Part shown: positions 41,401 through 50,868 of the stretch, piece after piece | How positions within the stretch are numbered: position 1 is the first letter of the stretch | Layout of the letters: each line of letters starts with the position of its first letter | Assembly: GCF_033153115.1 (NCBI RefSeq) | Contig: NW_026889750.1 | Span: 2,232,001-2,296,000, forward strand | DNA from: Saccostrea echinata | Taxonomy: Eukaryota | Direction: 5' to 3' | DNA length: 64,000 nt | Translations under genes and position numbers: made by a program | Notes under the pieces: model-generated | The model's database searches: none | What the model was told of the DNA's origin: nothing | The model's input: only the letters and a program-made list of their open reading frames with translations

Positions 41401-43531
41401 GCTTACCCAAGTGGTACAATTCAAAGTATCCCATTCCGATCTATCAATGAGGTTAAAGAAAACTCAACAGAAACATATGAATTTGTACATGTATATCATT
41501 AAGTGATTTGATTTCCACACATATTACATGGTGCCCTAGTGAACACAAATCCAATAAATGATAGAATAGAAGCATTAATTCCAACCCCTACGACAAATGA
41601 AAACTTGACACGTTTACAATATAAGGAATTATTGGTCGTCAAAAGTCACAAATGATGATAATCATTTAATCAACATTTGGTGCTTTTACATTAATGATAT
41701 ATTTCTATAGTTTGTGTGACTTCTTGTTTGCTAATGTACTATTTTATTATAAGTGGCTTTGTGTCATTCATAAATTAAAAAAATAAGATTGTGTATACTT
41801 TCTAAGAGTTTTAGTGAAAATGCATATGGACGTCAAAGATATTTTGTCAAAAATACAAAATAATACCTGTACAAGAACATTTCTTTTCATGGCAATAATT
41901 GTGTTCACCATGATCGCAGTGATGATCAAAGCAATCCTTGTCTCGGAAACAAAAGGTACCTGTTTGAAAATATTTTATATACTAAAGAAAGATGCTTCAA
42001 TAGAGATTTATATCATAAATTAGTACACGAATAAATGTCATATGAATATGCCGTAATAAATTACAAATTATTTGCAATACATATTGGTTGATTGTATTGA
42101 ACATTATAGTTCTGGATTATTAGTTATACTAAACATATAACACCTAGACCTTCAGCAAGGGGGTTGCGCTTTTCAATGGTTTTAATATGTTCATTGTGAA
42201 CTGCTAGTTATATGAAACCAAAAAAAAAAATCGAAATTAAAAAAGAAAAAAAAGATGGTTACTTAGCTATACTATTTCAAGAAATTGTCGAGAAATTATT
42301 CGTGATATATTTATTTAAAATATTGCACAAATAAAATATTTATTGTTTGATATCATTTTTATACGAAGAAAATAACTACTTTCTTATATTATGTCCAGTT
42401 TTCATGAACTACCTTCCTTTAACTTTGTATACTTTTTGCCGTTTGGTAATGTTGAAGATGAATGTTTTGAAAACAGAATGCCTATTATACATTTGTATTA
42501 CATGTATCATGGGATTGTAAAACCAGGTAATATTTTTGAAACAGTGACTAGTGAGTATTCCACTTAACTACTTTTGTTTCCATTTGGACAAAATATTTTA
42601 AAAAGGGAGAGAAATTTAACAAAAATGATGAGCTGGTAGCCCTACAAATCTACATGATACCCCATTTCTCTACACTCATTCGTATGTTCTTACTGAGCAG
42701 ATATCCAAGCCTTCTCTGATTTGTGAGTTCTACCAACTCTTTCTCTTCTTTTTAATATTTTTAACCACACGGAACAAGTTAGATAGTAAATGCTCAGTGT
42801 TTTTTTTTTCAGAAATATCACCAAGTTTTATAATTCCTTGATAAAACATATAATCTTATCTTGCCCTCTGTTCTCGTTCTCGCACTCATTTTCAACAAAC
42901 GCAACGAACGTTTTATATATGGAAGATTATCAATGAAAACTGCATGTATTAAAGAAAGCATTTAATTATATCATAATATGTTATTTTTGCATTTTAGCTA
43001 CATGTATTGAAATAAATACTTAAAAGATATCTGGGAACACTGAATGTCAAAGATGGTTCATGTGTCTGACGACGAGAGTGAATTTTGGCAGAGAGAAGTG
43101 GAGATACCATGAGACATGCTTTTAAATAACATGTAAGAATCAATGATTCAATACTATTAATTTTAATACTATAATCAAACTATTCTTTAAAGAATGGAGA
43201 TAACATGATTTACGACATACCAAAAAGGAAACCATCCACCGAAGAAAAATACAACCCTTAAAAGAAATATAACCTGCAACAGTATCATTCTTGATATTCG
43301 TATTCAGAAATTATTTTTTTTTAAATTATAATTATGTCTTTGAAATTATAACTGGAATATACTATAAAGTCCTTTTTGCACAACTATATAGCCATACAAA
43401 ATACTTCAAGCTACTTGAACGTTTTTGTGAAATGTATAAAACGTGTATGTTTTGATACTTGGTAGAAAAAATAAAAAAATAAACTCAAAATTACCTGTAA
43501 ACAAAACCAAAAGAACATCAAAATTCCTCAT
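2966..43531 (-). CDS. Gene B (multi-exon span): secreted protein with signal peptide, 7 cvSI/I84-like 6-Cys modules, Thr-rich linkers and a C-terminal three-finger (LU-like) domain
   Basis: Phase-compatible GT-AG exons: 43531-43495, 43256-43221, 42481-42413, 41959-41867, 40601-40581, 32376-32245, 32063-31956, 30866-30735, 30553-30446, 29360-29229, 29024-28917, 10620-10486, 3297-3138, then gap..2966. They join into one open frame. Joining them into a single transcript is inference. Confidence 0.7.
3002..3136. other. Assembly gap (135 N)
   Basis: Run of N. Confidence 1.
3138..3297 (-). CDS. Gene B exon: N-terminal half of three-finger/LU-like domain (IRKCHTCGDANSSISCDTRTIYLGNLQNCASDEHFCMTDIVHDGTAYPKTFKR)
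   Basis: Acceptor ttatcaaag, open phase-1 frame, CxxC...C...C...C...KR pattern; the donor G abuts the gap. Confidence 0.8.
3910..4974. mobile_element. Non-autonomous hAT-like TIR element
   Basis: Ends (C)AGGGTTCTCCAT / ATGGAGAACCC with TTAACTGTG(G/T)C subterminal repeats; TSD not clean. Confidence 0.55.
5455..5830 (+). mobile_element. Penelope-like RT C-terminal fragment
   Basis: Translates to TTKLYDKRDDFNF.IVNFPYLCGNI...SQLIRYAR...KFYCRYNELV. Confidence 0.8.
6185..6800. mobile_element. Two Penelope-like 3'-end fragments in opposite orientation (~6185-6400 +, ~6585-6800 -)
   Basis: CATGACAAGGAGCACACG...GGGATGCTCACTCTTCCATGGCACTTGATTCCACC on +; reverse-complement CGTGTGCTCCTTGTCATG on -. 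Confidence 0.6.
7371..10330 (+). mobile_element. Helentron/HINE-type element with internal ~170-bp satellite units (Cg170-like), interrupted by insertions
   Basis: Starts AACAAGAGGCCCATG..CACATCG..CACCTGAG, has repeated GATTTGAACAAACTTGAATCTACACTACCTGAGGAT-type units, and ends in a CAGACAGAC tract and GAGCTAAA. Confidence 0.75.
9493..9829. mobile_element. TTAA-flanked MITE (Kolobok-like)
   Basis: TTAA|GGACATACGCAAC ... GTTGCGTATGTCC|TTAA: perfect 13-bp TIR. Confidence 0.8.
10486..10620 (-). CDS. Gene B exon: Thr/Ser-rich mucin-like linker (STPTAQSMTMKTATTQITEEKTSTSTGSVPPTTTSSNNRPTTYT)
   Basis: 135 nt, phase 1-1, acceptor ctttttatttctattag, donor cag|gtata. Confidence 0.85.
11099..11279. mobile_element. 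TA-flanked MITE (Tc1/mariner-like)
   Basis: TA|CTGTAAAATCACTTA ... TAAGTGATTTCACAG|TA. Confidence 0.65.
11315..12136 (+). repeat. 5' LTR (822 bp)
   Basis: Direct repeat of 19687-20927; TG...CA ends; AATAAA near its 3' end. Confidence 0.95.
12152..12171 (+). promoter_or_regulatory. Primer-binding site, tRNA-His-like (TGGTGCTCGTTGACCGGGAT), 15 nt downstream of the LTR
   Basis: Begins with TGG; resembles the complement of the metazoan tRNA-His 3' end (TGGTGCCGTGACC..GAT) with two extra bases. Confidence 0.65.
12370..13588 (+). pseudogene. gag: Gypsy gag (disrupted), two CCHC zinc knuckles
   Basis: Consecutive ORF pieces; CHR*GKVGHRAEFC and CWHCENYDHISGHC; ends QQEN*. Confidence 0.85.
13650..14370 (+). 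pseudogene. pol: Gypsy aspartic protease region
   Basis: YRALVDTGAEVSLI and VILGRDWL motifs. Confidence 0.9.
14370..15034. mobile_element. Nested non-Gypsy insertion in pol, including a Helentron/HINE-type end (~14670-14970)
   Basis: pol homology breaks after ..GEITNF and resumes at TLDLNEVD. The insert has a TTTTTATGCCCCCG..CGGGGG hairpin, a GTCC/GTCT tract and TTGACCTTGACCTT. Boundaries approximate. Confidence 0.7.
15035..16471 (+). pseudogene. pol: Gypsy reverse transcriptase + RNase H (frameshifted)
   Basis: PIKNRPYR, RMCVDFRSLN, YPLPLIDD, MPFGLSNAP, YLDD, YLGF, LYTDAS, EKEAFA, TDHKPL. Confidence 0.95.
16632..18547 (+). pseudogene. pol: Gypsy integrase plus long acidic C-terminal extension (frameshifted)
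   Basis: H..GH..C zinc finger, LLTDNGTE, YNPQGNGKVERFHRTL, SPFYLLY, then acidic ORF 17921-18547. Confidence 0.9.
19687..20927 (+). repeat. 3' LTR (1241 bp including a 331-bp MITE)
   Basis: Direct repeat of the 5' LTR; preceded by a short purine tract GGGAA. Confidence 0.95.
20524..20854. mobile_element. TTAA-flanked MITE (Kolobok-like) in the 3' LTR
   Basis: TTAA|GGACCCTCTCTACACTG ... CAGTGTATAGAGGGTCC|TTAA; absent from the 5' LTR; related copy at 46190-46571. Confidence 0.9.
21035..21100 (+). mobile_element. Short Penelope-like RT fragment
   Basis: Translates to EIKDTTESDTSVSYLDI. Confidence 0.6.
21915..22078. mobile_element. Short MITE (hAT-like ends)
   Basis: CAGTGGCGGATCCAG ... CTAAATCCGCCGGTG imperfect TIR with G/C runs inside. 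Confidence 0.55.
22585..23120 (+). mobile_element. Penelope-like RT C-terminus plus 3' end
   Basis: TTKLYDK..DFNFPIVNFP...LIRYARA...YGRYNELV, followed by GGATGCTCACTCCTCCATGGCACCTGATCCCACC. Confidence 0.8.
23229..23640. mobile_element. Left-end fragment of a CAC-terminated TIR element
   Basis: CACGCAGCACTGTTAAGG is nearly the reverse complement of the family's right end CCTTAACTGTGCTGCGTG (40018). Confidence 0.5.
24141..25988. mobile_element. Non-autonomous TIR DNA transposon hosting a TRIM
   Basis: GCAGTACAGTTAAGG ... CCTTAACAGTGCTGC inverted ends; interior similar to 1480-2347 and 39230-40018. Confidence 0.6.
25251..25555 (-). mobile_element. TRIM with tRNA-derived LTRs (Helenus-type non-autonomous LTR element)
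   Basis: LTRs 25555-25433 and 25358-25251, both TGTAA...TTACA. A box TAGCTCAGTCGG and B box GGTTCGATTCC in the left LTR, slightly decayed in the right. 74-bp interior with PBS TGGTGCCGTTGACC. Flanks TAAG/TAAT (3 of 4 match). Confidence 0.85.
26383..26510. repeat. Imperfect ~125-bp palindrome (foldback)
   Basis: TTATGGAAACACC..GGTAATAGGGAAATATATCGGGTCCTTGAAA / TTTCAAGGACCCCATATATTTCCGTATTACC..GGTGTCTACATAA; a further half-copy at ~27838-27890. Confidence 0.7.
26755..27680 (+). mobile_element. Helentron/HINE-type element with ~4 satellite units
   Basis: ACAAGAGGCCCATGGGC..CACCTGAG start, the same ~170-bp units as 7371-10330, and a CAGA(T)GACAGACGGA tract near the end. Confidence 0.75.
28917..29024 (-). 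CDS. Gene B exon, 6-Cys module type b (CIGDKDCICPEGKTPHCEYNSTHVHQRFCRCSQII)
   Basis: 108 nt, phase 1-1, ttttag acceptor and gtatgt donor. Confidence 0.85.
29229..29360 (-). CDS. Gene B exon, 6-Cys module type a (ATTTSDCKDDFDCTSHVCPNEARIPYCKSHGVFFLQTYKCDCI)
   Basis: 132 nt, phase 1-1, tacag acceptor and gtatgt donor. Confidence 0.85.
   Translation of the reverse strand: MPQQPLTVKTILTVHLMSVRMKLEFLTAKVMVFFFFKLTNATV
30446..30553 (-). CDS. Gene B exon, 6-Cys module type b (CIGDKDCICPAGRTPHCQYNSTHVHQRSCRCSHTT)
   Basis: 108 nt, phase 1-1, GT-AG. Confidence 0.85.
30735..30866 (-). CDS. Gene B exon, 6-Cys module type a (ATTTTDCKDDFDCISHVCPNEARIPYCKSQGDSSNQTYKCDCI)
   Basis: 132 nt, phase 1-1, GT-AG. 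Confidence 0.85.
   Translation of the reverse strand: MPQQPLTVKTILTVYLMSVQMKLEFLTAKVRVILPIKLTNATV
31956..32063 (-). CDS. Gene B exon, 6-Cys module type b (CIGDKDCICPAGSTPHCEYNSTHVHQRSCRCSHTT)
   Basis: 108 nt, phase 1-1, GT-AG. Confidence 0.85.
32245..32376 (-). CDS. Gene B exon, 6-Cys module type a (TTTTTDCKDDFDCTSHVCPNEARIPYCKSQGDSSSQTYKCDCI)
   Basis: 132 nt, phase 1-1, GT-AG. Confidence 0.85.
   Translation of the reverse strand, partial: LPQQPLTVKTILTVHLMSVQMKLEFLTAKVRVILPVKLTNATV
33030..33610. repeat. Degenerate ~120-bp tandem units, probably within an old Helentron-type element
   Basis: CATCCA(C/T)(A/G)CAAG(T/G)TTG(G/A)TC recurs at ~33061, 33362 and 33481. Confidence 0.5.
36378..37494. 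mobile_element. ~1.1-kb element with a ~165-bp near-perfect palindrome at each end
   Basis: Palindromes 36381-36545 and 37324-37492 (TAAGGAATCACTGTCTAG...CTAGACA(G/T)TGATT(T/C)CTTA) with CGAAG/CTTCG loops; inner arms ~36600-36865 and ~37070-37270 are also inverted. Confidence 0.8.
38330..38418. repeat. Palindrome with GCGAAGC loop (partly deleted)
   Basis: TATGGAATTTATTTCACGAGT...GCGAAGC...CGAGTGAAATAAATTCCATA. Confidence 0.6.
39230..40018. mobile_element. Right arm of CAC/GTG-terminated TIR element
   Basis: Best-preserved copy of the family; ends CCTTAACTGTGCTGCGTG; left boundary uncertain. Confidence 0.65.
40581..40601 (-). CDS. Gene B 21-nt microexon (DNVDTNT)
   Basis: tattttcag|ATAATGTCGACACAAATACAG|gtatgc, phase 1-1. 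Confidence 0.7.
41867..41959 (-). CDS. Gene B exon, first 6-Cys module (TFCFRDKDCFDHHCDHGEHNYCHEKKCSCT)
   Basis: 93 nt, phase 1-1; C-x5-C-x4-C-x7-C-x4-C-x-C spacing, close to the half-domains of oyster cvSI inhibitors. Confidence 0.85.
42413..42481 (-). CDS. Gene B candidate exon (ILFSKHSSSTLPNGKKYTKLKE)
   Basis: 69 nt, phase 1-1, open frame; weak acceptor and aag|gtagtt donor. Confidence 0.5.
43221..43256 (-). CDS. Gene B exon 2 (GLYFSSVDGFLF), end of signal peptide
   Basis: tttcttttaag acceptor and gtatgt donor, 36 nt; VDG|F fits a signal peptidase site. Confidence 0.8.
43495..43531 (-). CDS. Gene B first coding exon (MRNFDVLLVLFT), signal peptide
   Basis: CAAAATG start context, hydrophobic run, cag|gtaat phase-1 donor. 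Confidence 0.8.
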
Positions 43532-45311
43532 TTTGACTGCTAGTACGTAAGAACTGAAGAAGAAATGAGAATTTCGTAACAGATAAAAGGTCTAAAGAGT
43601 GTCGGGATAAGATATAAGAATGTGCCAAATGTTTGTGCAGTACGGTTAAAGATATACACGCTATATAAACGCGATTTTTTATGTGAAACAAAGTGATTAA
43701 ATGATTTGAGAATTATGATGTGTAATAAAAAATATTTACTTTCCACAAAGTTTTACTAAATAAGTCTTTGTAATTATAAAACAATTAAGCAAGATCTGCA
43801 ATTAAGAATTCAGCCTATTCATGAATATTGATGAAGGAAGTGCGTAAACAGTATGTAGACACGCATGTCCGCTGGAAATCATAGACAACGAGGTACGTTG
43901 CATTCTGACTACTATTTTGAATAAAAGTTAATATCTGTCATTACAGAGTAGATTGTTAATACTGGTTGTTTTCAAAGATAAGTATCTTTAAGCATAAAAC
44001 GTATGCCATCCATGTCAAAAGTTATTTTGTATACCAAACGGCCTACCTCGTTTTCTTGATGCCATTTTTGTTTAACAATCTAAAAGTAGCGACGGTGTCA
44101 CATGATGCATGAATTTAAATATAGGCATTACTTTCCTAGTAGGATAATAAATAATTATAATTTGAGATCTTTATAGTGCTTTCATTTCCAATTGTGTAAT
44201 TAACAATATTTTCGTAACTTTATTTGGTAAACAAAATAAATAAATTTCCAACTTTATTTTTAACTGACGCAAGTTATAACGTGTATATCTTTAAACAAAA
44301 TAAAAAGTATATTTAAACATCTTTATACGTAGGTTGTCCCAGAAAAAAACTCGGACATTTTCAATATTCTTTGTTTTACTAGTATTATAAAGTCAAAAAT
44401 TAGCATGCATCATAATCAATATTTGTTAAAGCTCCTTTGAAATTTCGATAAAATGTCCCTAGAAATAACTTTATGCCTTTCATTTATCTTATGCAAGATG
44501 AATGCATGTACAGTAGAGAATGTGTGGAAATCAGTTCCATCCTTGTCCCGCAGCTTGATAATATTTACTCCTAAAAGACACTACAAGACATGTTTTGATG
44601 AATATTGTCATTTGTCAATGTGTAAAATATGACTTTTTGGACTTAATATGAATTTTGTGTAAATTAACTTTTCGGACCAAATATGTAAAATAGTTATAAA
44701 AAAAACTTTTCGTATATTTCTGCAAATTTGATATTTTTTTTAAAATTCCACACAGCCCTTATCCAAACCGAGGCATAGTCAGAGATGGACAGTTAATCTC
44801 TTAATTGACCTCTGTTTATATTAATTGACTCATAATCTTTCACCTGCTTTAATTCTATTATATACATGTACATGCCACTAAAATACCAGTCGCTCAATAG
44901 CTGTTTGTTAATTGATTTATTTATACTTTTTGTTAATCCATTTATTTTTTCTCTTTCTTTGTTCAGTTTGTATGTTTTGTTGTTAAAAATGATAGTCATT
45001 TGGAATCAGACCTTCAGTACTGAAACATCCCAAACTCGTGTAAAAGTATATAAAAGTACAAAAATTGAAACTCGTGTTTGTGTCTTTGAGGTTTTGTGAA
45101 TCTGGGTTCAACAATAAGAGGAAAATTCAGGGTTGGCCAGGAATCAGTACTTGGACAGACAAACACATACTGTAATACTTGGTCGGAGAAGCCTTACGGT
45201 GCTGTTTACAGATGAAGCAGACGTATCATTAGGACAAATACAGCGATGGAATATTCTTTACAACCGCAGTAGAGACAGAAGTTTAATTTTCATGCAGTGT
45301 GCGGAAACATG

Positions 45312-47020
45312 CACTGTGGCAACGCACTTTGAAAAAAAAATTCAAAGTGCGTTAAAATTGAGACAAAATCAACGCACGTTGAAAAATATTTTCAAAGTGC
45401 GTTAAATTTTGGACAAAATCAACGCACTTTGAATTTTTTTTTCAAAGTGAGTTAAGAGTGTACATCAATATTTTTAACCATGGAGACACTTAACGCACTT
45501 TGAAAAAAAAAGTATAAAACAAAAATTCTGGACTTAAATTTTAATAATAGACAGCATTAATTTGTTACACTTCTTCCGAAAAACTGATGAATTGATCTAC
45601 ACTCATCGAGATTAACGAGGAGAAGACAGGTAAAAAGTCCCTCAGCCCAACTCTCTATCTTTCCTACACAAACATATGTATTTACATAACTGGTATGACA
45701 TTGATATTATTTCTCTCAATAAATTTGAGTTAACGTAAAATAGATGAAAAAATTGATGTAAGCTTTCCTGAAAAAAGAAATTACACACTCTATTATATTA
45801 AAGAAGAGAACCGCATAATCCTTATTCAAAACGAATCCACAATGATTCCTCAGAAGAAATGCATTTACACGGTAATTAAAACATGCTATTTGACATGTCT
45901 AGCGTTTTTATGATATCAAATTACAGATTTAGAAGTAATCTGATTGTATAACTTTTTTGAGAAAAAGTCATCGGTACTAGTGAACGAGGTAAAAATTTCA
46001 GTCGAGTGAGTAATGTTGATAAGGTTTTTCTTACTATCAAATAAATGGTTCAACCATTGTTTCATATATGTTCACAATAGATAGATAGATGAATATGATA
46101 GAAAAATAGATGAGAGAGAGAGAGTATTTTCATGGTATTGAAAAATCATTAATTGCTCCCTTTTCCCTAAGAAAAATGCTATGCTTTAAGGACCCTCTAT
46201 ACACTAGAGGAAAATATTTTTTGGACATTGAGAAAATTATAGTATGTAAAGGTGTAAGTATTGAGCTTTTCTATCACATTTTCAACATAAGGTGCCTTGC
46301 ATTTACCCCCAGGAAAAATGTTCAAAGACAATGAAGTACTGATGAACATAAATCACCGCTGTTTACTTAAGTGGGCAAAATACCTGCAAATGAAGTATTC
46401 TATCTATTCATCTTGGCCTATTAAAGTGTCATGAATGCTTGATTTGATCACAAATTAAGTAATAAACTGTACATTCAATTTATTTTATTTTTGATCAAAG
46501 GGCAGATCACTCTATCTGCATAAAAATACCACAAAATCAGAACTCTCTGGTGTGCAGTGTATAGAGGGCTCTTAAGTCACTTATCGACACCAACATCAAC
46601 CGAACTTACTAGAGACTGGATAGAATTTAAAAAAGAAAAGAAAAAAAGAAACGAAACTGTGCTATCATACAATCATTCCTCCATTATTTCTAAGACCCGT
46701 TTCCCTTTTATAACAGTTAAGAGAACCTTTGGAAACAAGACAACTCCTAAAAATCTTTAAAACATCTATATCTCAGATCCTGACGTCATCACCGAAAAAA
46801 TATCCAACCAGGTTCAAATAATTATTTATCATACCTAAAATTTGCAAACATATTGACCAAGCCGTGCACATCTTTTATTTTCAAAGTGCATAAATATGGT
46901 CGATATTAACGCACTTTGAAAAGAATTTTTTTTTTTAAAGTGCATTAACGTGGTCCCAAAATTTACGCACTTTGAAAAAAATTCAAAGTGCGTAATTTTT
47001 CAAAGTGCGTTGTAACAGTG
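45312..47020. mobile_element. Non-autonomous CACTA/EnSpm-like element
   Basis: CACTGTGGCAACGCACTTTGAAAAA ... TTTTTCAAAGTGCGTTGTAACAGTG with many subterminal AACGCACTTTGAA repeats in both orientations; no clear TSD. Confidence 0.75.
46190..46571. mobile_element. TTAA-flanked MITE, same family as 20524-20854, opposite orientation
   Basis: TTAA|GGACCCTCTATACACT ... CAGTGTATAGAGGGCTC|TTAA. Confidence 0.85.
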
Positions 47021-48199
47021 CATCCTAACGTTTTATGTTTCGCGTTTAACCAGAAGTGCTACCGATGTCACAGAATTGGACATTATAATTATTTCAGGAT
47101 GTGTTTTACACAGATGAAGAAAGTAGAATCAAAATCATACCAAAAAGGACCAGTCCCTAGCAGTCATATAAATAGTCAGTTGGAATCAGACCTTTGGTAC
47201 TGAAACATCCCAAACTCGAGTAAAAGTATATAAAAGTACAAAAATTGAAACTCGTGTTTGTGTCTTTGAGGTTTTATAGAATCTGGTTTCAACAGTAAGA
47301 AGAAAACTCAGGTTTGACCCAGAATTAGTATAGATGGACATATTCATACCGTAAAACATTTATTAATGACAAAAATAAACAACTTATTACAAATAAACTA
47401 CCTTAACTACTAGGGAGATCCCAGATAAACGTAAAGAAAATTAATGAACACCTTATATCACACAGTCAGTGGGACCTCCCTAAAGATTAAGTAAGTAATG
47501 ATTAACATTTAGAAGATGGGAGATCACCAGGTAACATTTATACAAACTAGTCCACAGCAATGGCGGGAGGGGGGGGGGGCTACCTGTCCTATGAAAACCA
47601 AAACTTTTTTTTATCTCTGTTAAATGAATCTTGAAAAAAGCTGTCGGCTCATCAGTGACGACGTCAAAACACAGCTGATGACAATTGTGGATTTGTTCAG
47701 AAATTGTGCGTCCTAAAAAATTGAAGGTTTAATTTGTAGCATAAAGTCGACACTGCATTTGACTTTCTGTAGGTTACCAATTTATCCATCTCACACAGAC
47801 AAAGACTACCAAAGGAATTATTCTTTTAATAGACAATTTCCCAACCCCGAACACAACCTTACAGATCGCACTGTTAAACTGCCAGCGACTGACTTTTCAG
47901 TTTGTCATTAATTTTGTTGGTCTACCAAACGCTTCTTCCATTAGATAATTCCATTCCAGCCATCACTGAATATCTTTTGCCAGGTATAAGCCAGTGTCCG
48001 AGACGTGTGTTTGTGTAGTTCCATCGTTTCCATCTCTTTTCCCGTATGTACAGGAGACATACTCCACTCAGAGCAGAACTGCAGGATAATTTAGTGCGCC
48101 GCATTACCGCCCGACGGTCGTTTTTAGCAATATCAAACGAAAAGGGTTTGTGCATATAACGTTATATTTTTTGTTATTTATAATATCATATAAGTTAAA

Positions 48200-48935
48200 T
48201 TGAAACTTGTGTGAAATCTTTACTATAAAGTGTAGATTCAAGTTTGTTCAAATCAGGACCCCCAGGGTTGAGTGGGGTCACAATGGGGGATCAAAGTTTT
48301 AGAAAAAAAACTTCAAAAAATTTCTTCTCCAGAACAGCAGTGCCATGATATAGAAGCATCCCACTCAGATAGTGTAGATTCCCTTTTTGTTCAAATCATG
48401 ACTCCTGGGGTAGGTTTGGGCCACAATTGTTGATCAAAATTTTTAAATAGGAATTTATAATTATAGGAAAAAAATATTTAAAATCAGAAAGCCATGATTG
48501 ACCATATTGATAGAGAAACATCCTCAGATTTTGTTCAGATTATGACCCCTTAAGGTTGGGTTGGGCCACAGTGGGGGTCAAACTTTTATAGAGGAATACT
48601 TAGTTTATCAATCTTCTTCTCGAGAACATAAAAACCCTGATTAGCCATTTTGATATGTAGGCATCCTCAGGTAGTGTAGACACTCAATTTCTTTCCAAAT
48701 CATGACCCCAGGGTGTAAGGCGGGGCCACAACGGGTGATCAAATTTTTCCGTAGGAATAAATGGAAACAAATCTTTTAAAATCTTCTCAAGAACAGCAAA
48801 GCTATGATTAGTCATACTGATCTGGAAGCATCTTCAGGTAGTGTACAGTGTAGACTCATATTTTTTTTTCAAATCATGACCCTCAGGGTTAGGGTAGGGC
48901 CACAATGAGGGATCAAAGTTTTACATTTTAGGAAT
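48200..48935 (-). repeat. HINE-associated ~150-170-bp satellite units, ~5 copies
   Basis: Reverse complement of the units in 7371-10330 (GCATCCTCAGGTAGTGTAGA..CAAATCATGACCCC..GGGCCACAA). Confidence 0.75.
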
Positions 48936-49804
48936 GGATGTTTACATAACTGATGCATTATAAATTGTAAAAAGAGGAAAATTAGATTGTTATTATTTAT
49001 AGATTTCGACCCCTGCAGTTCAATAGAATTAGAAAGACATTTGATCTTTTTTCGAGATATTTGGTTCATTTTTAATCACAGGCTTTTTATAACCCCAATT
49101 TCAGTTAGGATTTCCATATGTTGTGATAGCGCCAGAGAAGAATTCGCTAGAATGATGTTCAGAACCTTGGAAAACATATCTGATATTACACTGTGCGTCA
49201 AATGACTTTGGCTGTGTGCAGACATTACATTGATAGTAAGTGGCGAATGTTTAAATAATTAAGTCGTAAAGGTTAACTATAGGGGCATTTGGAGATGTGA
49301 TTGGGGGTCCGTTCGGGAAAAAAGATCGGAAAAGTAAATAACACATTTACCAAACTGGATTTATCTAGGTACAACAGAGGATACTTAACATGTAGAACTC
49401 TCCGTTTGGCAGTTAACTTTTCCCAATTTTTCTTTCTTAAAAGCGGGCTTTTAAATACATGTATAATGAATTCGAACTGCCAATGGGATTTATTATTAGT
49501 AGTAGTAGTAGTGGTAGTAGTGGTATCATAGATAATTGAAGTGAACACAGCTTAGTTTGTGAGTAGAGTGTTAAGCTACCCCCACGTTTGTTGCGGCGTG
49601 CATATTACGTGAGTATCTTTGCACGTCTGACGGATTTAGCTTACCACAATTCATCTCTAATCGAGCCGCTGTAAACATGGCGCAGTTGCAACATGATTAT
49701 ACGGATAACTGGTCAATGGAAAACAGTTAACTTGGTAATCAACGCTGAAAATTGATTAATATATTAAAATTTTGTTTGGCTTAAAACATTAACTTGCTAC
49801 AATT

Positions 49805-50235
49805 CATTGAATTGAGTGAGTATTCATTGATTGAACTGATTGATTGACTATTGATTGATTGAATATTGGTTGATTGAATATTGATGGATTGATTTGATGA
49901 TTGATTTATTGATTGATTGAACTGAATATGATTGATTGATTATTGTTTGGCTTAAACATAAACTTACAACAATTTATTGAATTGAGTGAGTATTGATTGA
50001 TTGAATTGATTAATTGAATTGATTGGTTGAATATTGATTGGATTGAAAATTGATTGATTCATTGATCTGAATATGATTGAATGATTGAATTCCGTATTCT
50101 TTTATTGATTGAATATTCATTAGTTGATATGAAAAAATGGTTGATGAATTGAACTGGATATTGATTGATTGAATGAATTCTTATTTGAGTATTGGTTGAT
50201 TTATTAATTGAATATTGATTTATTGATGAATAATT
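49805..50235. repeat. Degenerate (ATTG)n microsatellite
   Basis: Direct reading. Confidence 0.9.
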
Positions 50236-50827
50236 ATTATTCATTATAAATTATTATTTATGAATTATGATTAGGCTAGTGCACTGCAAAATAGGAAAGC
50301 AAAGGCTAGTCTTATAGTGTAAAAATTGACATGTGTAGAATTAATGATTGATTGTCTGCTTTGATTGCTTCCAAAAACCAATTTGGTCGGCATCCACTGA
50401 ACACATGTATAATAAATGATTGATTTGCAACCAGTTGTGGCCATATAATGCCAAAATGTAATATATAAATAATTTGGAAATGGCGACACTTGCTTTTTTT
50501 ATAGGTAGTCTGTGATAAATCTATTTTAATTTAAACTAATGTGTTACACTACAAGGCAAAAAATACATACAAATACATACAAATTGATATAAATGTATTT
50601 ACAAACAGTTCAGTATGAGCCTGAAAAACTACTAAATCATCATCATGTGCGACAGAGATTTTTTTTTCATCATCTGTGAACAATTTTATACAAGATAACC
50701 CTCATTCTAAGAAATATATTAGCAGGCAAAGATCAGGCTCCTGGGCCATGAAACTTAGAGGAGCTCATTTTTGAACTCAGTTTCACTTTTTCAGCCCAAA
50801 TTCTATTTGTAAATGTGAGACTGAGAT

Positions 50828-50868
<41 letters not shown>

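Larger units (their letters stand above)
44993..47350 (+). mobile_element. ~180-bp direct repeats flanking a gag-like double zinc-knuckle relic, split by a CACTG element
   Basis: 44993-45175 matches 47173-47350; joining 45311 to 47021 reads CGNMHPNVLCFAFNQKCYRCHRIGHY. Confidence 0.55.

Noticed and set aside
45312-45510. AACGCACTTTGAA repeats as a regulatory or iteron array
   Set aside because: Mirrored at 46880-47020, so they are subterminal repeats of a CACTG-ended transposon.
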